In this document: positions 56,583-64,000 of the stretch, one piece after another
Numbering within the stretch: the stretch's first letter is position 1
Layout of the letters: each line of letters opens with the position of its first letter
IMG/VR virus record: IMGVR_UViG_3300045988_173726
Location: 192,001-256,000 of that record
Source of the DNA: a virus
DNA length: 64,000 nt
Strand: one strand, 5' to 3'
The notes under the pieces: model-generated
Database searches by the model: none
Told to the model about the DNA's origin: nothing
What the model saw: only the letters and a program-made list of their open reading frames with translations
Position numbers and translations under genes: made by a program

Positions 56583-58006
56583 ATAGTGAGGAGAGTTTTC
56601 GTGAACTCTTGTGTGAGAAAGAGGGCGGTGTTTTAACGGTAGACGGGGAATCAAAGCACTGGAATATGCTGTATCTCGTGGGGCTTGTCGGGTATTCGGA
56701 AAAGCGTATAATGGGAAAACTTGTTACTGCGAAGTCCCCGAGTAGTGGAAAGGGTGAAGTCTTTTATATCTCTGTCAAAGCGTTTAATCGGTGGTGTGTA
56801 AAACCAAGAGGTACAAAGCCAGAGAACAAGCATAGGTGGGACTGCGCCGTGAGGGGAAGGTCGGATGAGAGCAACCCAGATAATAGACTTAGCTTTGAAG
56901 TATCGGATTTTCCTTTTTATAAAAAGGATGGTGCAGTGTTTACGCGACTTTCGTTGGGTAGGTATCGCTTTTTCGGGGATTTCAAAGATTTTAAGGACGG
57001 AAATCCCTTTGTAGGGTTTAGCGGAGAGGGAGAGCCTTTATGTTTTACTCCGAGTTATGAGTGGTTGAAACGAGAGTATGAGAATGTATCTTTTATTAGC
57101 GATACAGATTATGGGTCGGATGTTTGTAAGCGTATAATTATGCGGCATCTTCGTCTTGTAGAAGATGAAGAGTATCAGCTAGAGGCGGTGAGGAGTAAGC
57201 TAACGGGGAGTGATTGCGCAGTTAAGGCTGTGGGAAATGACGGGGTTAATGTATACTATTTTAATTCCTCGAATAATGGGGTTTGTAAGTTACTGAATGA
57301 TGTAGACTGTCTGTATATTGGCAGGGCTGACTATCTTAATGGGGTTAAAGTTATTGACGCATCTAGCTGTAAAGACCTTCATAACATTGACATAGCATGG
57401 GTTGGTGATTGCACTTTTATCATGCCTTCCGCGTCTAATGGATTAAAGAAGTTAAGTCTTTGCGCGGTTAATGTTGTTGGTTTATCTAAAGTCATATTTA
57501 GACGCGAGCTAGGGGACACTGGAAATTTTACATTAGAGTTAAAGTCGTGTACAGGGTTAGACATGCTTAGTGTCGAGGCTACTGGATATTCAAGAAATGA
57601 CGCTAGTAACGCTATTGTAATTGAAGATGCTACGCTTAGAGGGTTAGTCATAAACGCTCCTACATTAAGGCTGTCGGCTGGAACATTTCGTCTTACGACC
57701 CCGTGTTTACGGAGTTTAGAGGTAGAAGCGGGGGCGTTAAAAGTGAGTGAATTGTTCGCAATGCTTTTAGAGATGCCAGAGGTAGAGAATATTAGCCTAA
57801 GAGTTAGTAAGATAGAGGTATCTAAAGATGAGCGCGGGTCTATATGGCTTAATTTTGACGCATTTAAGAGGTTAAAGTGCCTGCATATAGAGGTAGCAGA
57901 GCAGTGTAACGAGGAGTTTCGGCTTGTATTGCCAGAGGGTTGTTCTGCGACTGCCAGAGGAGTGATGTGTTCAGTTTATAAGAAAGTAGGTGAACTTGGT
58001 GGATAA
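56579..58006 (+). CDS. Cys-motif / LRR-like family, member L7
   Basis: GGGGAGG RBS; ATGA overlap with L6. AVRSKLTGSDCAV ... NNGVCKLLNDV ... GVKVIDASSCKDL. Confidence 0.75.
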   Translation: MNSEESFRELLCEKEGGVLTVDGESKHWNMLYLVGLVGYSEKRIMGKLVTAKSPSSGKGEVFYISVKAFNRWCVKPRGTKPENKHRWDCAVRGRSDESNPDNRLSFEVSDFPFYKKDGAVFTRLSLGRYRFFGDFKDFKDGNPFVGFSGEGEPLCFTPSYEWLKREYENVSFISDTDYGSDVCKRIIMRHLRLVEDEEYQLEAVRSKLTGSDCAVKAVGNDGVNVYYFNSSNNGVCKLLNDVDCLYIGRADYLNGVKVIDASSCKDLHNIDIAWVGDCTFIMPSASNGLKKLSLCAVNVVGLSKVIFRRELGDTGNFTLELKSCTGLDMLSVEATGYSRNDASNAIVIEDATLRGLVINAPTLRLSAGTFRLTTPCLRSLEVEAGALKVSELFAMLLEMPEVENISLRVSKIEVSKDERGSIWLNFDAFKRLKCLHIEVAEQCNEEFRLVLPEGCSATARGVMCSVYKKVGELGG

Positions 58007-59087
58007 TGGAGTGTTGAAGATTAGAGAAACAAGTTTACAGGAGATGCTTGATAAAGGCGAGTGTTTGGTTCGTTTTCCAGACGGTAGGGAGGAGATGGTA
58101 AAACTAACTTTTGACTTTGTAAAGGCGAATTACGAGCAAATAGAGTTTCCGCTGATTAACGAGAAGGAGGAGGAAGTGTATAAGGCGAATCTTTATCGCC
58201 GTCTTAAGCTAACAGATAATGACGAGTATCGGCTTGCCCGTGCAAGGAGCGCGCTTACCCATGAGGATTGCGGGGTTAGAGAGTGCAGTAGAGACGGGAT
58301 TGTAGAGATTAATGAGTTGTGTGAGAGCCATAACGGAGTTTGTAAGCTAATAAATGATATAGATAAGTTGTCACTTGACACTAGAGAGCTTTCAAAGAGT
58401 GGAGTTAAGGTTCTTGATTTAGGCGCGTGTGACGATTTATTGAATCTACAGCTATTTATTGACCAGTCCAATAAGCCTGATACTGTGTTAATTCTTCCGT
58501 CTGCTTCAAATGGTTACGAGAAGTTTTTTATTGGAAACTGTGCAGTAAAGGGTTTATCGGAGATAAAGGTTTTGCTAAGCAGGATGACTATTGGTCGTAA
58601 GGCTGGTCATTATGTAAGAGTAGCTAGTGTAACTGGTCTTGATAGTCTTAGCATACGGTTGGAAGGTAGTGATTACTGTGCTGGAGACAGTCATGATATA
58701 AGCGTATATGAAAATGACGACCTAAAGAGCCTAGATATAGACTATATTTTGCCGTCTTACGGTACGAAGTTTGGCTTGTCTGTAAGGAATAACGACAAAT
58801 TAAAGAAATTATCAATTAGGACTCTTGAGTTTAAATTTGATATTGATTCCGCATTTGGCTTTCTTCCGAGTCTCGAAGAGCTTAGTATTTCTGTGCTTTC
58901 GTCATATGGAATCACAGCGCTTGATTTAAGCAATTTGGAAAGTCTTAAGAGGTTTTCGTTTACATCGGAGGAATCTGGCTGTATCAATATTCTTGTCAGT
59001 AATGAGTGTGAGGTTGTGGTAAACGGAACGAGCGCGAAGGTTTTTAGATACGATAGGTATATTGAAGGAGGAAAGCATGAAGAATAA
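57990..59087 (+). CDS. Cys-motif / LRR-like family, member L8
   Basis: The start is uncertain (GTG 57990, or GTG 58011 just after the L7 stop). RARSALTHEDCGV ... HNGVCKLINDI ... GVKVLDLGACDDL. Confidence 0.7.
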   Translation: MNLVDNGVLKIRETSLQEMLDKGECLVRFPDGREEMVKLTFDFVKANYEQIEFPLINEKEEEVYKANLYRRLKLTDNDEYRLARARSALTHEDCGVRECSRDGIVEINELCESHNGVCKLINDIDKLSLDTRELSKSGVKVLDLGACDDLLNLQLFIDQSNKPDTVLILPSASNGYEKFFIGNCAVKGLSEIKVLLSRMTIGRKAGHYVRVASVTGLDSLSIRLEGSDYCAGDSHDISVYENDDLKSLDIDYILPSYGTKFGLSVRNNDKLKKLSIRTLEFKFDIDSAFGFLPSLEELSISVLSSYGITALDLSNLESLKRFSFTSEESGCINILVSNECEVVVNGTSAKVFRYDRYIEGGKHEE

Positions 59088-59134
59088 GCTAGTAGCAAAG
59101 GCGTTAAATCCTTGTATTTTGGTCGAGGGCATAA

Positions 59135-60784
59135 ATGATTGATAGAGAGGGTTTATTTAGCCCGAATGCGACTAGTAGAGGAGAGCCAGATAGCGACAAG
59201 CTAGCATATTTGTCTCTTAGGATAAATGGTCTGGCGGGTGATGTTGACATAAGAACACTTGAAAAAATATCGTTTTATGCCGCATTAGCCTACGACCCGA
59301 TTCGGACAAGAGTCCAAGAATCAGTTCAATGTAAATTTGCGACTGCTGGTTTTGGGATTACAAAAGAGGGTTTACCATTTGCTTTGGTAGTACCAATGAG
59401 CAGTTTTTTGTCTCGTAATGTCGGACGGGATTGGTCGGTACGCGCCGTTACGACGTCCGAGTATTGGGAGCATGTATCATTGAATGTGGTAGTCGAGTTT
59501 AGCGCAGGAATCCCTTTGTCAGATGAATGGAAAGCCGAATTTCCTTTGATGGACGAGGAAGGCAATTTACTAGAGAGTGGTAGGCTTCGGGTTTATGCTT
59601 TTGGGGATGTACTTGTAGCTAACGGGTTTGACGTGGAGATACCGTGCGGCTTTGTTTCTGTGGATGGTGAGCTTTGGAATGGAAGTGAGTTAAATGACAG
59701 TTATTTTGTAGATAACGAAGAAGTTAAGGTTTATTCAGATAAACAGGAATATAAGGATAGCATTACGAACGGTATAGCTCGGTTGTCTAGCTATTTAAGT
59801 AGAAGTGTAGCGGCGCGTAATCGTTTAACAGGTGCAGACTGTTGTGTTTATAAGCTAGTCGCAAGCAAGACAGCTCCGATTGTAGTGACTGGGTTTAATT
59901 CAAGTCAGAACGGTGTTTGTACAGTAAGTGATTGTGCCGATTGGATAGGTGCAAGAGAGGATAGCTTATATAACGCAAACATCAAAGTGCTTGATATGCA
60001 GAAGAGCGCGGTAAAGCGTGTTCAGATATTTGAGAGTAAGGGGGATAGCCTGTCTTTATGCTTTCCAGAGAGCCAGTATTTCGGAAGCCTTGTATTTTCA
60101 GACCTAGAGGTAATACTTGTAGGTCAAGTTTGTGTCCGAGGTTTTAAGGCGACATCCTGTAAGGTTTCTGGTTTAAGCTATGTGCAGTATGTGGATTATG
60201 ACGCTTTTGGAATTACGCCGATAAAGGAAGGGATGGATGACGAGTTCGAGAGAGGGCTTATCTTTCACTTGATACGAGTGGTAGGGCTTGGTTTAGTCGT
60301 AATAGAGGGAAGTAACTGTTTATCGGAGACAACGCATTCAGAGCTGTTAATAAGCAACACAGATATAAAGAGTTTAACGGTTAAGTTGTATGGGACTGTT
60401 ATAAAGATGCTTCGTGTTTCGGATTGTCTTTATATTAAGTCTATAGATATTGACTGCGACGAGGTAAGCCTTAGAGAAATAATAGGATTTGTGCAGAACT
60501 GTCCTAGGCTAAAGGAGATTAAGATACATGTAAAGAGGATGCCGTTTGTAACATACGATACGAAGTCGAAATGGGTCGGCGAAGAGTTTGTAAACAAGAC
60601 ATACAGTGAAATTACGGCAGATGCGATGTTGTTGCTGACGAACGAGGCTCTTACAAAGTTTACGCTATTGGCAGACAACCTAGTAGATTTTCCGAGCATA
60701 AAGGTTAAGTTCCCGATTTTGCACAAGATGGAGCTAAGTTTATCCGACAATTTGAAAAAGTTTATAGATGTCATAAAGTGTTAG
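59135..60784 (+). CDS. Cys-motif / LRR-like family, member L9
   Basis: AARNRLTGADCCV ... QNGVCTVSDC ... NIKVLDMQKSAV. Confidence 0.7.
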   Translation: MIDREGLFSPNATSRGEPDSDKLAYLSLRINGLAGDVDIRTLEKISFYAALAYDPIRTRVQESVQCKFATAGFGITKEGLPFALVVPMSSFLSRNVGRDWSVRAVTTSEYWEHVSLNVVVEFSAGIPLSDEWKAEFPLMDEEGNLLESGRLRVYAFGDVLVANGFDVEIPCGFVSVDGELWNGSELNDSYFVDNEEVKVYSDKQEYKDSITNGIARLSSYLSRSVAARNRLTGADCCVYKLVASKTAPIVVTGFNSSQNGVCTVSDCADWIGAREDSLYNANIKVLDMQKSAVKRVQIFESKGDSLSLCFPESQYFGSLVFSDLEVILVGQVCVRGFKATSCKVSGLSYVQYVDYDAFGITPIKEGMDDEFERGLIFHLIRVVGLGLVVIEGSNCLSETTHSELLISNTDIKSLTVKLYGTVIKMLRVSDCLYIKSIDIDCDEVSLREIIGFVQNCPRLKEIKIHVKRMPFVTYDTKSKWVGEEFVNKTYSEITADAMLLLTNEALTKFTLLADNLVDFPSIKVKFPILHKMELSLSDNLKKFIDVIKC

Positions 60785-60794
60785 AGTAATACTA

Positions 60795-60832
60795 ATAGGC
60801 GGGACAGCGGTTAATCCGAAAGACCCGCCTAT
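60795..60832 (+). terminator. possible terminator hairpin
   Basis: ATAGGCGGG / CCCGCCTAT 9-bp stem with a 20-nt loop, followed only by GTTTATGTT (weak T tract). Confidence 0.35.
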
Positions 60833-60868
60833 GTTTATGTTAAAAATAATTTACAGGAGGCTTGTCAA

Positions 60869-63094
60869 ATGGCGGGTAAAACTAAGATTGTAACGGGGGT
60901 GCTTTGTAAGCATAAAGCAGACGGAAGCCCCGTAGTAACGCATATGATAGTTAGGGAGTTACAGTGGGAATCTAGCAAGAAGGCTCGGCTTGGAGACTAT
61001 CGGTATGTTGGGATAAAGGCTTGGAAGAATAGCACGAGCAAGGCTAAGTTTATTGGGTTTAAGTGGGTATATAACAGTGGGAATAGGGAGAGAGAGTATA
61101 TACAGCAGTATTCTGATAGCGATTTACCAGTCTTTATCGGGGATAAAGAGAAGAATACGCTTTATAAGAAAGGTAAGCTTCGTGTGATTTACGCGGATAG
61201 GACAGGCGTAGCGGCGCGGGGTGTAGGGGTTTTATATCTTGATGAGGCGGGGGTTCTTCGTGAGTACTCTGAATTTAGTTCATTTGTAGAGAGGCATCGC
61301 GGGGAGTATGCGCTTTTGCAGGGAGTGAGTGGGTCAGCAAAGCTTAGTAGCTTAGAGGAACAGGCAGTTACGCTTTTAGAGGATAATGAGTATAAGTTAA
61401 ATCGCGCAAGGAATCGTATGACGGGAGAGGATTGTACGATAAGCGAGGTAGCAGAGGACGGAGTTCATGTAACGGGGCTTAATAGGTGTGAAACTGGGAT
61501 ATGTAAGGTAAATCCTAGAGCGAGTGAGATTGATTTAGAAATTTCAAGCGGGAGCGGGGTTAGAGTGCTTGACTTAAGCGGGTGTAATGAGCTTAAGAAG
61601 TGTCGGTTATCGGTTAAGGGAGTAGCGTCCTTTGTTTATGTTTCGCCGCCTGTAGGTGCTAAGAATGTAATACTAGATATTACAGATTGTAGTGATTTAA
61701 CACTCATGGGGGATAAGCCAGAGTTTTTTTCGTTGTCGGTAAATCATAGTAAGCTTCAAGGGCTTAAGAAAATTATAGTGGATTATAGCTTAGTGCTTAA
61801 CGGTTGCACTGGGATACCAGAACTTTTTGTGAGTTCTTATTCTAGGAGATTTGAGAAGTTAGAGATAAGTAATTGTGATTTAGAGAGACTAAAGGTTGCT
61901 GTGGCTGTTAATGTAGCTATCCGAAACTGTAGTCTACTTAAAGAGCTGTCTATAGATATGGATACGCTTTTTATTGACAAGTTATCTAGGCTTGTTAGCA
62001 ACTGTAGAGCGCTTGAGAAGGTAGTAGTACACGCAAGACGGGTTAGCTATAGTGTAGACTCAAATAGAGACGGAAATCCGATAGTTACTGCAACATTCGG
62101 GTCTATGTCGTTAAAGCGAATAGAAATTAATGTGGAGGATAAGCTTAGTGTAGGGATACTTCCAGTTCCGAATGACTTTGCAATCGGGTATGAGGATAGA
62201 GTAAGAGTTGCGTGTAACAACGATAAGCTACGGGCATATTTTAAGCCAGTGAAGTTTAGTGATGAGATTAAAGACTTGCTGTGTGCGTCAGTGTTTGCGC
62301 CACTTTTTTATGTAAAGGATAGAGTGACGGTACAGTTTAACTCGCTATTGTTTAGGGGCGCAATGGTGGGGAATCCTTTGTTTAGAGGGGGAGAGCTTCG
62401 GATTCCAAAGGAGGTAGAGGCGCTACAAGGTAGTTTAGGCAGTGATTTTCCTATTAAGAGTCTGCATTTAAGCGGTAAGGTATCAGTAGGGGACTCGGTG
62501 TTTAAGAATACAGGTCTTTCAGAGGTTGTAGGCAGTGAGTATTTAACTTCGGTCGGGGCGCTGTCGTTTGCGGGGACGAAGCTTAGTCGGTTGGCTCTGG
62601 GGAAAGAGGCGAAGCTTTCGGAGTTTTCGTTTGGTGGATGTGAGAGTTTAACAAGTGTAAGTGGGCTTTGGGAGATAAAGAGTGCAAAGAGGACAGCATT
62701 TGCTCTTTGTAATAACCTAGATAGCGACACTTTTGGGGTTCTTTATAAGAAGCAGTGGTATATGTCAACGGATGAGCTATTAAGCGAGTATCCAGAGAGG
62801 GCATACGAAAAGTATGTTCATAGGGAAATAGACGGAGTGATTACGGAGGACGACTGCAAATATACACAGCGCTTAATCGAGCTTAGGATAGATGACGCGG
62901 CTATAAAGAGGTTTATGAAGGAGCAAGGGGTAAGCCGAGAGGAGAAAGCGGGGTTAAAGGAGCTTCTTAGTATTATCAGCAATGTTTATTACACTTACGA
63001 GGGGAAGGGGATTTCGCCAGTGGCGAGTTATTATGTTGACCTAGGGACTACGGAGCGTCTTATCTATCGTTTACGCAGGGTATTGGAGTTGTGA
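60869..63094 (+). CDS. Cys-motif / LRR-like family, member L10 (long; C-terminal BspA-type LRR units)
   Basis: AGGAGG RBS. RARNRMTGEDCTI ... ETGICKVNPR ... GVRVLDLSGCNEL. C-terminal LHLSGKVSVGDSVFKNTGLSEVVGSEYLTSVGALSFAGTKLSRL. Confidence 0.75.
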   Translation: MAGKTKIVTGVLCKHKADGSPVVTHMIVRELQWESSKKARLGDYRYVGIKAWKNSTSKAKFIGFKWVYNSGNREREYIQQYSDSDLPVFIGDKEKNTLYKKGKLRVIYADRTGVAARGVGVLYLDEAGVLREYSEFSSFVERHRGEYALLQGVSGSAKLSSLEEQAVTLLEDNEYKLNRARNRMTGEDCTISEVAEDGVHVTGLNRCETGICKVNPRASEIDLEISSGSGVRVLDLSGCNELKKCRLSVKGVASFVYVSPPVGAKNVILDITDCSDLTLMGDKPEFFSLSVNHSKLQGLKKIIVDYSLVLNGCTGIPELFVSSYSRRFEKLEISNCDLERLKVAVAVNVAIRNCSLLKELSIDMDTLFIDKLSRLVSNCRALEKVVVHARRVSYSVDSNRDGNPIVTATFGSMSLKRIEINVEDKLSVGILPVPNDFAIGYEDRVRVACNNDKLRAYFKPVKFSDEIKDLLCASVFAPLFYVKDRVTVQFNSLLFRGAMVGNPLFRGGELRIPKEVEALQGSLGSDFPIKSLHLSGKVSVGDSVFKNTGLSEVVGSEYLTSVGALSFAGTKLSRLALGKEAKLSEFSFGGCESLTSVSGLWEIKSAKRTAFALCNNLDSDTFGVLYKKQWYMSTDELLSEYPERAYEKYVHREIDGVITEDDCKYTQRLIELRIDDAAIKRFMKEQGVSREEKAGLKELLSIISNVYYTYEGKGISPVASYYVDLGTTERLIYRLRRVLEL

Positions 63095-63107
63095 GGGGGT
63101 GGCAAGA

Positions 63108-64000
63108 ATGAGTAGAGATAGAAATGGTAGACAGATAAGGTTTTGTTATGTGGCGGGATTTCTCTGTAATCGGGACGCGGATGGAGAGATTAAGAGGGAA
63201 GCCGCAGTTACGGTAGAGGCAGTCGTTGAGCGGCAGTATTATAAAGACGATAGCGTGGCTATTCTAAGGGCTAAGAAGAAGTTTATCCCGATTAGCGATT
63301 GGGAAGCCTTTAAGCGGACAGAGACTCATGAATACGCAGGGTTTAGCCTCCAGAGGGATGGGTGTGAGTTTGAGCAAGGGTTTTTAGACGCTGATTTGCC
63401 TTTATTTATCGGAAAGAAGAAAGGGTACAAGGTTTATCGAGAGGGGAAGTTACAGATATTCGCTTATTGTGCGCTTTTCCGTAAACAGGCAGTAATTGCT
63501 TATGCTGATAGTGACGGTGAGCTTAAGTTATCATTCGGAGTTAACGCTAGCCAATTTATGTTAGAGCATAGCGGGAAGTATATCTTAAATCAAGTGCGGG
63601 GATTTAGCGGAGAGAACTTAACAATGCTCGAAGAGGAGGCGGTTAAGCTAGCTAGTGATAAAGAATATCAGCTTAATGCGGCGCGTAGCAGGATGACGGC
63701 GGCAGACAGCACAGTAACGGATGTAAGAGCCGAGGGTTTAACTGTGACTAAGGTTTTAAGAAGTGAGTCGGGGGTTTGTAGGGTTAATCCGAATGTCAAT
63801 GTATTTCGTCCAAGCGAAAGGATAAACGGGACACTCTTAAAGGTTTTGGATTTAAGCGCGTGTAAAGAGCTAAGGATGGCAGATGTTTGGCTTGAAAACG
63901 CGGATAGTGTGGCAGTGTTGTTTCCGTCAGAGAGGTTAAACTGGTTATCGCTTAAATTACAAGATGTAAAGCAGGCTAATCTTGTAAATCTTGGAGCTTT
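63108..64000 (+). CDS. Cys-motif / LRR-like family, member L11 (3' partial, runs off the window)
   Basis: Not in the track because it has no stop codon. I translated it from ATG 63108 (MSRDRNGRQIRFCYVAGFLCNRDADGE...) and it stays open to nt 64000. AARSRMTAADSTV ... ESGVCRVNPN ... LLKVLDLSACKEL. Confidence 0.7.
   Translation, partial: MSRDRNGRQIRFCYVAGFLCNRDADGEIKREAAVTVEAVVERQYYKDDSVAILRAKKKFIPISDWEAFKRTETHEYAGFSLQRDGCEFEQGFLDADLPLFIGKKKGYKVYREGKLQIFAYCALFRKQAVIAYADSDGELKLSFGVNASQFMLEHSGKYILNQVRGFSGENLTMLEEEAVKLASDKEYQLNAARSRMTAADSTVTDVRAEGLTVTKVLRSESGVCRVNPNVNVFRPSERINGTLLKVLDLSACKELRMADVWLENADSVAVLFPSERLNWLSLKLQDVKQANLVNLGA

Overview
This 64-kb window is coded entirely on the plus strand. 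It looks like part of a large dsDNA phage genome from a low-GC Gram-positive-type host. Supporting signs are AGGAGG-type RBSs, sigma-A-like promoters, lipobox lipoproteins, an SH3b-NlpC/P60 lysin and CCA-less tRNAs. No capsid, terminase or tail genes are recognisable here.

Gene order:
1. A BcgI-like (nuclease-)methyltransferase plus HsdS-like specificity gene, sitting between two paralogous membrane-protein genes.
2. A replication/recombination block: type IIA topoisomerase B and A subunits, a DnaB-like helicase, a RuvC-like resolvase, a diverged and apparently split LigA-like ligase, and a ParB-HNH nuclease.
3. An EcoRI-methylase-family adenine MTase behind a G-rich repeat region.
4. A tandem array of single-pass membrane proteins from a family with 11 members across the window.
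5. A roughly 2.4-kb tRNA array with 8 canonical tRNAs, 1 defective Leu-like tRNA, and 7 tRNA-shaped elements that keep the acceptor and T arms but lack an anticodon loop.
6. An orphan HicB-like antitoxin, TilS, and an LRR protein.
7. More membrane-family genes, an HPr/Crh-like protein, acidic proteins, a transglutaminase-like lipoprotein and the NlpC/P60 lysin.
8. A second G-rich repeat region, two more adenine MTase paralogs, a DUF262-HNH nuclease and an RHH protein.
9. At least 10 tandem paralogs (about 17 kb) of a Cys-motif/LRR-like family, running off the window end.

The most unusual items are the anticodon-less tRNA-like genes, the two large lineage-specific multigene families, the split/degenerate LigA, and the duplicated G-rich upstream regions. 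All calls come from hand reading of the sequence and ORF translations; no database search was possible.
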